A stretch of DNA of 64,000 nt from Escherichia coli (GCF_003991155.1 NZ_CP031293.1); one strand, 5' to 3'; positions 30,814 through 40,684 are shown, counted from the stretch's first letter. Made by a program: numbers and translations. Notes: generated from the letters alone by a model not told the origin.

Positions 30814-31647
30814 ATGGCTTTCGTTTCTGCGTTAGTTAATTTGCGTTATGATTTAAACAAATATATTGTAGAGTTACGACGCATTTCAAATCTTGCCGCG
30901 ACATTTCTTATGGAAGATGATTTTATTAAGAATTTCTATCTTAATGAAGTTGAAATAAGCATAAATAATTATAATTTTAGATTCAATAACGAGCGAAACC
31001 CATTCAAGCAAAGGGAAATAGTTTTTGAACTTAAAGAAGAAGTTGAGTTGGAAAAAAAAGAATATGATATATTAAGAATGAAAGATCATGTTACTTATAT
31101 GGTAACTGATATGTTTGAAGAACAAGGCGTGTTAAAATATGTAAAAATATTTGGAGGGGTTGCTACAGGAGGAATAGAACTTTTCACTGCCTATGGGTAT
31201 TATCAATTGGGTAAAACATTACACCTTAGAAGATTACGTGGGATAGCAATTGTTTTTGCTTCTTATGGCGTTGATAATATATGGGAGTCAGTCTCTCCTT
31301 TGATTTTTGAAGAAGCGAATGCAGGGCCTCTTAGACGTGTTATTCGGGGAATTGCTGGTGAGTTTGGAATAAGTGAAGATGATTCTGATTTAGGGTATAG
31401 TTTTGTTGAATTTTCATTGTCCTTATATAATACTTTTAATGCAAGAAAATTGTTTCCGAATGAAAATAGGTTAGTTATAGGTGTGGGAAGAAAAAGGCCA
31501 GGGACTGGTAGGCTTTTTAATAATGTAAGCTGGGATTATGCATCTAAATGGTCAAAAATGAATACAAATATGAAGATTTGGAATTTAGGGTATAGCGCTT
31601 ATAAAGCCAAACTGGAATTTTATGATGAGAAATATAAATTTAAATAA
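30814..31647 (+). CDS. Hypothetical protein, AT-rich, between the two ISAs1 copies
   Basis: 277 aa ORF with two hydrophobic segments (YVKIFGGVATGGIELFTAYGYY; GIAIVFASYGV); no family recognised. Confidence 0.4.
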   Translation: MAFVSALVNLRYDLNKYIVELRRISNLAATFLMEDDFIKNFYLNEVEISINNYNFRFNNERNPFKQREIVFELKEEVELEKKEYDILRMKDHVTYMVTDMFEEQGVLKYVKIFGGVATGGIELFTAYGYYQLGKTLHLRRLRGIAIVFASYGVDNIWESVSPLIFEEANAGPLRRVIRGIAGEFGISEDDSDLGYSFVEFSLSLYNTFNARKLFPNENRLVIGVGRKRPGTGRLFNNVSWDYASKWSKMNTNMKIWNLGYSAYKAKLEFYDEKYKFK

Positions 31648-31723
31648 TATTTCACATTACGTACTTTTAAAAAAGTATAATTATTAGCCGGTTAATTCAA
31701 TTATATAACACAGCCTCATTGCG

Positions 31724-31966
31724 CTAAAATAAAATTCGTATACCAAGTTTTATCAGCTTTAACTGAGTGATGATCTTTACATTATTGTTTTTTGCATCTG
31801 AGCATAAAATCATGACACTAAATATTGAAAACACAGCAGACATAAAGAAAAAAGCGGCCCCTCTTTCCAAGAGGATTCCGAGAATGAAAGCAAAAAATGC
31901 CACTGCCGGAAACCATAGCGACAAAGCGTCTTTTGCAGAGTCATATATCACATCTATTAGTGTCAA
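31724..31966 (-). CDS. Hypothetical small membrane protein
   Basis: 80 aa ORF with two predicted transmembrane helices; coding status uncertain. Confidence 0.25.
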   Translation of the reverse strand: MTLIDVIYDSAKDALSLWFPAVAFFAFILGILLERGAAFFFMSAVFSIFSVMILCSDAKNNNVKIITQLKLIKLGIRILF

Positions 31967-32169
31967 ATCTTTAGTTAAATTTGGATGAAGAGTTTTTTAA
32001 TATTTTTAAAATTATGCCTAAGACTGAATAACTCGTTATATTTAAAACCGTTAGTAATAATTTTACGCCTTACTTTTTCCAGTTTCATTTATTATCACTC
32101 CTTGAGATCTTTAAATTATTATAGTGTATTTTTTAAGTGAGTCAATGCATCAGAGAAAGATCATCAGAA

Positions 32170-33445
32170 GAACTCTTTTTGTACTAAATAATTCGCATTT
32201 TATGTTTAAAAATTGAGATATTCCTCATTGTCTGAAGCTGTTTTTTATTGCTTATACATGATCAAATACTCCTTACATAATTAAGGAGAACAAAATGGAA
32301 CTTAAAAAATTGATGGAACATATTTCTATTATTCCCGATTACAGACAAGTCTGGAAAGTGGAACATAAATTGTCTGATATTCTACTGCTGACTATTTGTG
32401 CCGTTATTTCGGGTGCAGAAGGTTGGGAAGATATAGAGGATTTTGGGGAAACACATCTCGATTTTTTAAAACAATACGGTGATTTTGAAAATGGTATTCC
32501 TGTTCACGATACCATTGCCAGAGTTGTATCCTGTATCAGTCCTGCAAAATTTCACGAGTGCTTTATTAACTGGATGCGTGACTGCCATTCTTCAGATGAT
32601 AAAGACGTCATCGTAATTGATGGAAAAACACTCTGGCATTATTATGACAAGAGTCGCCGCAAGGGAGCGATTCATGTCATTAGTGCGTTCTCAACAATGC
32701 ACAGTCTGGTCATCGGACAGATCAAGACGGATGAGAAATCCAATGAGATTACAGCTATCCCAGAACTTCTTAACATGCTGGATATTAAAGGAAAAATCAT
32801 CACAACTGATGCGATGGGTTGCCAGAAAGATATTGCAGAGAAGATACAAAACAGGGAGGTGATTATTTATTCGCTGTAAAAGGAAACCAGGGGCGGCTAA
32901 ATAAAGCCTTCGAGGAAAAATTTCCGCTGAAAGAATTAAATAATCCAGAGCATGACAGTTACGCAATGAGTGAAAAGAGTCACGGCAGAGAAGAAATCCG
33001 TCTTCACATTGTTTGCGATGTCCCTGATGAACTTATTGATTTCACGTTTGAATGGAAAGGTCTGAAGAAATTATGCGTGGCAGTCTCCTTTCGGTCAATA
33101 ATAGCAGAACAAAAGAAAGAGCCAGAAATGACGGTCAGATATTATATCAGTTCTGCTGATTTAACCGCAGAGAAGTTCGCCACAGCAATCCGAAACCACT
33201 GGCACGTGGAGAATAAGCTGCACTGGCGTCTGGACGTGGTAATGAATGAAGACGACTGCAAAATAAGAAGAGGAAACGCCGCAGAATTATTTTCAGGGAT
33301 ACGGCACATCGCTATTAATATTTTAACGAATGATAAGGTATTCAAGGCAGGGTTAAGACGTAAGATGCGAAAAGCTGCCATGGACAGAAACTATCTCGCG
33401 TCAGTCCTTGCGGGGAGCGGGCTTTCGTAATCTTTCCCTGGAGTG
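32170..33445 (+). mobile_element. ISAs1-family insertion sequence, copy 2 (transposase frameshifted)
   Basis: Same leader and ends as copy 1; direct orientation; boundaries approximate. Confidence 0.7.
32295..33430 (+). pseudogene. ISAs1-family transposase, frameshifted
   Basis: Split into ORFs 32295..32879 and 32819..33430; 1-bp deletion in an A-run near 32850 relative to copy 1 (acaaaaacagggcgg vs acaaaacagggagg). Confidence 0.8.
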
Positions 33446-35448
33446 AGTATTTTGATTTACTGAAATATCTTATTAGAAACGGATATATTGATGAAACATA
33501 TAATGACTATATAACATATTTCTATGAAAACAGTTTAAACCGGAGTGACAAAGCTTTTTTAAGAAGTATTTCCGATAAAAAAGGGAAAGATTTTTCTTAT
33601 GCTTTGAATAACCCCTCATTAATAGCAAGTCGATTACAACTTTATGATTATAGCCAGCAAGAAACGTTAAATTTTGATTTGTTGGATCACCTCTTGGATT
33701 CATTGACTCAACATACAACACAACTTAAGACATTTATATCTCAACTGAAAAAAGATAAAAATCTCCGATTTATTAAAGAGTACATGGACACTGAACGTAA
33801 TATTTCAAGGTTAATCCCTTTATTAAATCAGCAGTGGAGTGATTTTTTTCAATTGATGTTGAATGAAAAATTATATACACAACAACAAATAAAATCATAT
33901 TCCCTGGACAGTCTTTATTTTTCAAATCAAGACACTTTATTAAAAGTCAACCATAATGGCTGTCTATCACAGTATATATCTGAACATAAAACATATCTAA
34001 ATATAGAACAGCCTCAAATTCAAATGCTAATAGATAAGTTTAAATGTTTAGATATTTTATTTAAGAATTTATCATATAACAACTCAGAAGCATCTTTATT
34101 TTCAGCCGTATATAAAGAGTCACTTTATGAACTTAATTATCATAATTTAAAAGAGCTTATTTGCTATGAATACAAATGTGCAGACGAAGATAAAATCAAA
34201 CACCAAAACTTCACCATATTACTAAGCAATGCATCAACATATCTTTATAAAAAGATAGATAAAAATATCGAAAAATATATAGCTATAGTTCTCGAAAATT
34301 GTGAGAATAGTATAGCTGATGCTGAAAATGCAGTTGTTGTAATTATTAATAAATCAGGAATTGATGAGGAAATAAAAAAATCATACATAGCAAAACTCAA
34401 TAATAGATTGAGTGACTTAAGTAAAATAGATGAATCAAATATGTGGTCTTACTTATTAGACCAACGAAAAATAGAGTATACTGCTGAGAATATTATTTTT
34501 TATTTTTCTCAGCATAGTGAATTAGATGAAACAATAATTAAATTTATAGATAGCGAAAAATCTATTACACTAGACTATTATAGTGGGTTTACAGACGATA
34601 TCAAAGAGAGATTTTTCGACAAGGTCATCATTTGTGAACAAATTAGCGATAACAAATACTTCGAGATATTATCTTCATTAGACTATTGCTATGAATCATT
34701 TGATATATCCGGTTTGCAGGATGCGAAGATAAAAGTACTTATCGACACTAATATAATTCGAATGTCCATTCTGAATCTAGAGTTTCTAAGAACTACATAT
34801 CCTAATAACCTTATGCATTATATAAATAAAAATATAATCGACTATATTAAACTACAGACAGGTGAATCTGCTGTTAGTGACACAAATGAAATTTTGAACG
34901 TCTTAGAATTAGATATTGATGATTCACAAAAAGAAAAGCTATCAATGATAGTAGATACTCCAATCTCTATTCAAAATAATAAATACTCAACTCTCTTTAA
35001 GAAACACATCCTCACAAATAAATTAGATATAAATGACATCCCTTATCTCATAGAAAATTATGGCACATTAGTAGCACTTCAATCGACAATTCTAATCATT
35101 TTAAGTGGTCACGTCAATGAGGTAAAAGATCATGCTGATAAATTATCGATTAACTTGTTAGAGGTCTTAATAAAGGATGCTCATTTTATCCATGATGATA
35201 ATGTAGAATTATTTGTAAAGCAGATAACTAACATGAATAAAATACAAATCAAGAAGTTTCTAAAACTGATTAATTCTTCTGAGTTAACTATCTTATTAGA
35301 TAAAAAATTGGCATCGATAAAAATAAGCTCGTCTAATGAAAAAATACTTAAGAGTTTCATAACAAATGGATTAATAAAATCCTACAGCCAAAGTACTGAA
35401 GATCCTGAATCATACATAATAGATTTCCCTGAGGAGTTTCTTGATTAA
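33439..35448 (+). CDS. AT-rich hypothetical protein, probably 5'-truncated at the ISAs1 end
   Basis: Frame open from the IS junction (33439) to 35448 (669 codons); no in-frame ATG in the first ~110 codons; Asn/Lys/Ile/Tyr-rich; no family recognised. Confidence 0.5.
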   Translation, partial: WSEYFDLLKYLIRNGYIDETYNDYITYFYENSLNRSDKAFLRSISDKKGKDFSYALNNPSLIASRLQLYDYSQQETLNFDLLDHLLDSLTQHTTQLKTFISQLKKDKNLRFIKEYMDTERNISRLIPLLNQQWSDFFQLMLNEKLYTQQQIKSYSLDSLYFSNQDTLLKVNHNGCLSQYISEHKTYLNIEQPQIQMLIDKFKCLDILFKNLSYNNSEASLFSAVYKESLYELNYHNLKELICYEYKCADEDKIKHQNFTILLSNASTYLYKKIDKNIEKYIAIVLENCENSIADAENAVVVIINKSGIDEEIKKSYIAKLNNRLSDLSKIDESNMWSYLLDQRKIEYTAENIIFYFSQHSELDETIIKFIDSEKSITLDYYSGFTDDIKERFFDKVIICEQISDNKYFEILSSLDYCYESFDISGLQDAKIKVLIDTNIIRMSILNLEFLRTTYPNNLMHYINKNIIDYIKLQTGESAVSDTNEILNVLELDIDDSQKEKLSMIVDTPISIQNNKYSTLFKKHILTNKLDINDIPYLIENYGTLVALQSTILIILSGHVNEVKDHADKLSINLLEVLIKDAHFIHDDNVELFVKQITNMNKIQIKKFLKLINSSELTILLDKKLASIKISSSNEKILKSFITNGLIKSYSQSTEDPESYIIDFPEEFLD

Positions 35449-35493
35449 TGCTAATCTTTAACAAGATGTCATAAATACACTTCAACAAAGAAA

Positions 35494-35526
35494 AAACCAC
35501 CAGCATCTCAATTGCTGGTGGTTTTT
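35494..35526 (+). terminator. Rho-independent terminator
   Basis: AAAAAACCACCAGCA-loop-TGCTGGTGGTTTTTC hairpin with T-tract. Confidence 0.6.
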
Positions 35527-35582
35527 CTTCTCCTAATTATCAGGAATCACCTCACGTAGCGGTCGGATGCAGTAGAAAAATT

Positions 35583-35676
35583 GGTGGTCATTCTGGTGGT
35601 CTTGACAATCTCGATTTTTTGTTTTAGCTTACCAATCAGCCAGTTAATGGCTACGGCGATCCCAGTCAGAGGAGCC
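35583..35676 (+). repeat. Island-end repeat copy 1, ending in the tRNA-Asn 3'-terminal 15-mer
   Basis: ~94 bp near-identical to 48837..48930 and to the reverse complement of 63231..63325; ends CCAGTCAGAGGAGCC, matching the tRNA-Asn acceptor/T-arm 3' end. Confidence 0.8.
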
Positions 35677-35682
35677 CAATTT

Positions 35683-35714
35683 CTGAAAAACCCGCTTTTA
35701 TAGCGGGCTTTTCG
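35683..35714 (-). terminator. Terminator downstream of cbl
   Basis: GCCCGCT-ATAAAAG-AGCGGGT hairpin followed by T-run on the minus strand. Confidence 0.5.
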
Positions 35715-36665
35715 CTATATCTGATAATCAATTTCCTCTTCACTGTTTTCCATCACCTGGCGCTTGATATCCTCAACTGACAGTCCTGCATTACAAAGTT
35801 CCAGAAAGCGCCAGACATAGTTACGTTGAAGTTGCCCTCGCTTCAGTCCCAACCAGACAGTATTAGCATCGAAAAGATGCCTCGTATCCAGACGGATTAA
35901 ATTCTTTTCCTCTTGTTCACCACTGGATTGTTCGGCAACTAATCCGATCCCCAGCCCAAGAGCAACATAGGTTTTAATGACATCAGAATCCTGCGCACTT
36001 AATACAATATCTGCCAGCAAACCTTTGCGGGCAAATGCGTCATCAATACGTGAGCGCCCCGTAATCCCCTGTCGGTAAGTAATTAACGGCCACTTCGCTA
36101 TTGATTCCAGCGTCAACGGTGTAATTTGCGTCAAGGGATGATCGAGTGGAACAAGCAAACTATGGTGCCAACGAAACCACGGGAAGGCGACGAGCTGCGG
36201 GTCATTACTCAAACGCTCGCTGGCGATACCAATATCAGCTTCGCCATTTTGCAACAACGTCGCAATTTCCTGTGGTGTACCCTGGATTAGCTCCAGCCGA
36301 ACCTCCGGGAAAAGTTCGCGAAAAGCTTTAATGACCTCAGGCAAGCTATAACGTGCCTGAGTATGCGTCGTTGCAATAGTGAGAACGCCAGACGTATCGT
36401 TGGTAAACAGGTCTGCAAGCCGACGAACATTACTGGCTTCATTCAGAATACGTTCTGCAATGACCAGTAATGCTTTGCCCGGTTCAGTCATGCCCAGCAG
36501 TCGCTTACCTCGTCGAACAAATATTTCGATGCCAAGTTCATCCTCCAGTTCCCGAATATGACGGCTAACGCCTGACTGTGAGGTAAAAAGCATATTCGCA
36601 ACCTCTGTCAGGTTGTAATCCTGACGTGCAGCCTCGCGGATTATCTTTAGTTGTTGGAAATTCAC
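35715..36665 (-). CDS. cbl: LysR-family regulator Cbl (CysB-like)
   Basis: 316 aa; sequence recognised as E. coli Cbl (MNFQQLKIIREAARQDYNLTEVANMLFTSQSGVSRHIRELE...). Confidence 0.9.
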   Translation of the reverse strand: MNFQQLKIIREAARQDYNLTEVANMLFTSQSGVSRHIRELEDELGIEIFVRRGKRLLGMTEPGKALLVIAERILNEASNVRRLADLFTNDTSGVLTIATTHTQARYSLPEVIKAFRELFPEVRLELIQGTPQEIATLLQNGEADIGIASERLSNDPQLVAFPWFRWHHSLLVPLDHPLTQITPLTLESIAKWPLITYRQGITGRSRIDDAFARKGLLADIVLSAQDSDVIKTYVALGLGIGLVAEQSSGEQEEKNLIRLDTRHLFDANTVWLGLKRGQLQRNYVWRFLELCNAGLSVEDIKRQVMENSEEEIDYQI

Positions 36666-36766
36666 GGTAAACTCCGGGCAGTTCAGATATCCCGTTATTG
36701 TTAAAGTCTAATGCCCGGCATAACAAATAATAAAAACCCGCATCTTATTCCATCCCGATATAACGC

Positions 36767-37684
36767 TTAGCTCACCAATTGCCACTGCCTTTTTTCCATC
36801 ACTGGAGAATTCATCACTGACATTAACAACTCTTTCACTGCTTGCGCCTGTGGTGATAAGTTCGCTCTGGCGGGTAAATTTAATGACAAAGAGAGACTCA
36901 TGGAAGGAGTGGTAATGCGTGACATCCAACCATTTACTGCGCCACATAACGAACGCGCGGCCGATTCGGGTAATACTGCAACGCCCATGCCGCTGGCAAT
37001 CGCTGCGGTAAGCGTGGCAATAGACTCAATTTCACCAATGACTTTTGCCGTGAGTCGCCGTAGGGAAAAAGCCTCATCAACACGAAGTCTAATAGCACTG
37101 TAATCACTTGGGAGAAAAAGGTTCATTTGCGCAATAGCATTAACATCAACGCTTTGCCCCGGGCAATCTTGAGTTCCTACCAGAAAAAGATCTTCTTTCA
37201 GTAAAGCCTGACTGGATACACCAGCCACAGGGGAATGCTCATAAATCACCGCCATATCGAGTTGGTGATTTATCAGTTTTTCGTTAAGTACTGCACCGCT
37301 ATTTTCATGAAGATAAATAACGACCTCCGGGAATTCAGCGCGAACCGCCTGTAATAAGGGCATGGTGATGGATGACGCAGCGGTTCCTGGCGCAAAGCCA
37401 ATCGAGACTTGCCCCGATAATGCCTGACCAACGTTATGCACCGCCAGTTGGGCCTGCTCACACTGACGTAAAATGGCCCGCGCATGGGTATAGAGAATTT
37501 TTCCGGCGTCAGTTGGCGTAACACCCCGTTTTGTGCGAATCAAAAGTTGTTGATTTAACTCACCTTCCAGTGTGGCAACCTGCTGACTGAGCGCTGGTTG
37601 TGCGATATGCAATACTTCAGCAGCCTGGGTCAGGCTACCAATATCTACAATTTTTACGAAGTATTTCAGGCGTCTGAAGTTCAT
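36767..37684 (-). CDS. nac: LysR-family nitrogen assimilation control protein Nac
   Basis: Start MNFRRLKYFVKIVDIGSLTQAAEVLHIAQPALSQQ at 37684 (305 aa); recognised as Nac. Confidence 0.9.
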   Translation of the reverse strand: MNFRRLKYFVKIVDIGSLTQAAEVLHIAQPALSQQVATLEGELNQQLLIRTKRGVTPTDAGKILYTHARAILRQCEQAQLAVHNVGQALSGQVSIGFAPGTAASSITMPLLQAVRAEFPEVVIYLHENSGAVLNEKLINHQLDMAVIYEHSPVAGVSSQALLKEDLFLVGTQDCPGQSVDVNAIAQMNLFLPSDYSAIRLRVDEAFSLRRLTAKVIGEIESIATLTAAIASGMGVAVLPESAARSLCGAVNGWMSRITTPSMSLSLSLNLPARANLSPQAQAVKELLMSVMNSPVMEKRQWQLVS

Positions 37685-37738
37685 GTTGCCTCCGGTTTTT
37701 AAGAATCGGCCCAAGTGCCGCCATTACTTACAACCAGA

Positions 37739-37754
37739 TTGCAAGATGCTTGCC
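37739..37754 (-). promoter_or_regulatory. sigma54 (-24/-12) promoter for nac
   Basis: Minus-strand TGGCAAGCATCTTGCA matches TGGCAC-N5-TTGCA with correct GG-to-GC spacing, ~55 nt upstream of the nac start. Confidence 0.6.
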
Positions 37755-37870
37755 AGTTTTATTTTGGCGTTGATGTACAAGCTAACCAACTGTCAAATAA
37801 GAGATTATGATAGTTTTGTCACTCGATCTTTTTATTAGAACTCGCGTTCTCTGCCCCAAGACATAAAGGT

Positions 37871-37887
37871 ATGCACCACGATGGTTC
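37871..37887. promoter_or_regulatory. Putative NtrC enhancer half-palindrome upstream of nac
   Basis: TGCACCACGATGGTTCA resembles the TGCACC-N5-GGTGCA NtrC site consensus. Confidence 0.3.
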
Positions 37888-38008
37888 ATTACCAAAAAGA
37901 TTGAAAGCTCACCATTTTGTCGAAATTGGCAGCAAACAAACAAAAAAATGCATTTCACCCTTTGACATCACCATGCACTGCCATTAATATGCGCCCCGTT
38001 CACACGAT

Positions 38009-38084
38009 TCCTCTGTAGTTCAGTCGGTAGAACGGCGGACTGTTAATCCGTATGTCACTGGTTCGAGTCCAGTCAGAGGAGCCA
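38009..38084 (+). tRNA. asnV: tRNA-Asn (anticodon GTT)
   Basis: 76 nt TCCTCTGTAGTTCAGTCGGTAGAACGGCGGACTGTTAATCCGTATGTCACTGGTTCGAGTCCAGTCAGAGGAGCCA; cloverleaf consistent, anticodon GTT at 38042..38044; gene symbol inferred from position next to nac. Confidence 0.9.
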
Positions 38085-38250
38085 AATTTTAGTCTTGAGA
38101 CATCTCTATAAGTCTCAGGATAGTTAAAAAACAAGAACTTATCTTTACCCGGTTGTCTCGCAAGAGGCTGCTGGGTTTCTTGACATCCATAGTTTTTAGG
38201 GGCCTAATCAGGGGCCTCACGGTTCGGTGAGCAAACGGAGCCCCCACGCT

Positions 38251-39513
38251 ATGGCATTAACAGACACCGCTATTCGCAAGACTAAACCCTCTGACAAACC
38301 CTTCAAAATGACGGACAGTTCTGGACTGTACCTGTTGATCAAACCTAACGGCTCAAAACTCTGGTATATGAAGTACCGCATCGACGGCAAAGAGAAGAAA
38401 CTGGCCTTTGGCCCCTACCCGGAGATCTCCCTGTTGCAGGCTCGCCGCCTGCGCGAAACAGCACGCAATAACATTCATGCAGGCGTCGATCCGGCTGCGG
38501 TGAAGCAAACCGAGAAACAGAAGAGGAAAAACGGGCAGACGTTCAGCCAGATCGCCATCAACTGGCATAGCGAGCATAAACGCTGGTCTGAGCATTACGC
38601 GAAAACGGTTATGCGCAGGCTGGAAATGTACGTTTTCCCGGATATCGGGGATCGCCTTATCGAGGAGATCGAAACGGAGGATTTGTTATTCACGTTGCGC
38701 AAGGTAGAGAGTAAAGGCTTTCTGGAAATCACCGCGCGGCTGAAAAACTACGTCACCGATATCATGCACTACGCGATGAAAAAGAAACTGCTCAAAGCGA
38801 ACCCGGCGCTGTATCTGGACGGTGAGTTTGCCGCGCCAGAAACCAGTCACTACCCGGCCCTGTCGCTGGACAAATTGCCTGAGCTTTTAACCCGGACGGA
38901 TAGCTACTGCGGCAGGCTGCTGACAAAATACGCGCTTAAGCTGTCGCTGATTTTTTTTGTGCGCTCCAGCGAACTACGCTTTGCGCGCTGGAGTGAGATC
39001 GACTGGCAGCAGAAGTTATGGATAATCCCGGAAGAGCGCGAACAGATCGAAAACGTGCGCTTCTCTTACCGGGGGTCGAAAATGAAAATCCAGCACATTG
39101 TGCCGCTGTCGGATCAGGCGATTGCGATACTGAAACAGATCGAGGCCCTCTCCGGGCATCTGGCCTTTATTTTTCCCGGCGAATACGACCAGGACAAGTG
39201 CATGAGCGACAACACCGTCAACAAGGCGCTGCGCGTGATGGGTTACGACACCAAAAAGGATATCTGCGGGCATGGCTTCCGGGCAATGGCCTGTAGTGCG
39301 CTGAGCGAATCGGGATTATGGAGCAAAGAAGCCATTGAAAAGCAGATGAGCCACCAGGAAAGAAACAGCGTCCGTGCTGCCTATATTCACAAGGCTGAAT
39401 ATCTGGAGGAACGGATCGAGATGATGCAGTGGTGGTCAGATTATCTTGATGCAAACAGTGACGGGTATGTCTCGGCTTACCAGTATGCCCGCCGCCTAAA
39501 ACAGGCGTCGTAA
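38251..39513 (+). CDS. int: P4-like tyrosine integrase
   Basis: ORF 38227..39513; probable start MALTDTAIRKTKP at 38251; phage-integrase family features; lies directly 3' of the tRNA. Confidence 0.85.
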   Translation: MALTDTAIRKTKPSDKPFKMTDSSGLYLLIKPNGSKLWYMKYRIDGKEKKLAFGPYPEISLLQARRLRETARNNIHAGVDPAAVKQTEKQKRKNGQTFSQIAINWHSEHKRWSEHYAKTVMRRLEMYVFPDIGDRLIEEIETEDLLFTLRKVESKGFLEITARLKNYVTDIMHYAMKKKLLKANPALYLDGEFAAPETSHYPALSLDKLPELLTRTDSYCGRLLTKYALKLSLIFFVRSSELRFARWSEIDWQQKLWIIPEEREQIENVRFSYRGSKMKIQHIVPLSDQAIAILKQIEALSGHLAFIFPGEYDQDKCMSDNTVNKALRVMGYDTKKDICGHGFRAMACSALSESGLWSKEAIEKQMSHQERNSVRAAYIHKAEYLEERIEMMQWWSDYLDANSDGYVSAYQYARRLKQAS

Positions 39514-39636
39514 GTTAACAAAGCATCAGAGGGGGAAAAGGTATATTCCCCCTTTGTGCGTTTCAAATGTCGATGCTGACTGTAGCTTTTAAACTAAATT
39601 ACTGGATAAAAAGTAGCTTTTAAGCTACTATCTTTT

Positions 39637-39954
39637 ATGAAAACGATAAAGACCTACATAACTGCCGACGGGCGAGATCTGTATGCAGAGTTTTTTAAAG
39701 GGTTACGCGACCCCATCGCGAAGGCAAAGATCGCTTCCCGGATCAACCGGATGGCTTCGGACAATTTTGGCGACCATAAGCCCTGCCGGGAAGGTGTCTG
39801 GGAACTCAGGATAGATCAAGGGGCTGGGTATCGGGTTTATTACAGCCTGGTGGATGGAGAAGTCGTCCTGTTGATTCTGGCTGGCGACAAGCGTACGCAG
39901 GATGCAGATATAGATGAGGCTATTCGCTGCCTCAAAGACTATTTGAAGAGGTGA
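39637..39954 (+). CDS. RelE/ParE-superfamily toxin, HigB-like
   Basis: 105 aa; 3 nt before the antitoxin-like gene; toxin-first order typical of HigBA. Confidence 0.6.
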   Translation: MKTIKTYITADGRDLYAEFFKGLRDPIAKAKIASRINRMASDNFGDHKPCREGVWELRIDQGAGYRVYYSLVDGEVVLLILAGDKRTQDADIDEAIRCLKDYLKR

Positions 39955-39957
39955 TGT

Positions 39958-40266
39958 ATGGCGAAAGAACGTTTATATGATGATGTCATGGTGGAAGCGC
40001 TCCGGGAAGATCCTGCTTTTGCTCAGGCCTATCTGCATCAGGCATTTCTGGATATGGATGAAGATGGCGGTCAGGAAGCTTTTTTACTCGCGTTACGCCA
40101 TGTTGTTGAAGCGCGGGGAGGAATGGCGACGGTTGCCCAGAAAGCCGGTGTATCGCGTGAATCACTGTACCGCACGCTCTCCCCGACCGGCAACCCGACA
40201 CTGAAAACACTCCGCAGCGTCGTCCACGCCGCAGGTTTTCAGTTCTCTGCGCTGGCAAGTGCCTGA
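39958..40266 (+). CDS. HigA-like antitoxin (HTH)
   Basis: 102 aa; sequence resembles addiction-module antidote proteins (GVSRESLYRTLSPTGNPTLKTL helix-turn-helix region). Confidence 0.6.
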   Translation: MAKERLYDDVMVEALREDPAFAQAYLHQAFLDMDEDGGQEAFLLALRHVVEARGGMATVAQKAGVSRESLYRTLSPTGNPTLKTLRSVVHAAGFQFSALASA

Positions 40267-40388
40267 GTAGTTTTACATTTTGCAGCGATAATATAAATTG
40301 TAAATCATAATCCCTCCGTTGCTCTGTTCTGAGCAACGGATTACTTTGCATATTATCTGCTTTGCTAATCCATCAATTTTTAATTACC

Positions 40389-40682
40389 TTACATGGAAGC
40401 AACATACTCCATTAAATTATCTAATAAAAAATCAACCTTACTTATACCTTCATTTACATTATCGGCATAGATAAGTTCTACGAGCTTCATCCAACTTAAA
40501 TTGGAACGTACATTGTATTGTAAAAGGAGCCACTCTCTAAATCCCTCTAACATTTTACCGTCAAAGGAAAAATCCATCCCTAGTATAAAAGCCACAGTGT
40601 TTTCATAGTTATTTTCAAGTAGATACATATCGATATGCTTCTTAAAAAAAACAATTTTTTTTAGGAGGATATTTTTATTCAT
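40389..40682 (-). CDS. Putative immunity protein for orphan rhs toxin
   Basis: 97 aa, start 3 nt after the toxin stop, AT-rich. Confidence 0.5.
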   Translation of the reverse strand: MNKNILLKKIVFFKKHIDMYLLENNYENTVAFILGMDFSFDGKMLEGFREWLLLQYNVRSNLSWMKLVELIYADNVNEGISKVDFLLDNLMEYVASM

Positions 40683-40684
40683 AA

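Noticed and set aside
35583-35676. The tRNA-like 3' ends in the three ~95 bp repeats, considered as additional tRNA-Asn genes
   Set aside because: Only the last 14-16 nt of the tRNA are present; upstream sequence cannot form the D-arm, anticodon arm or T-arm, so these are att-type remnants and not tRNA genes
36708-37103. ORFs 36708..36947 (-) and 36900..37103 (+) at the cbl/nac junction
   Set aside because: They overlap the 3' end of nac in other frames; no independent support
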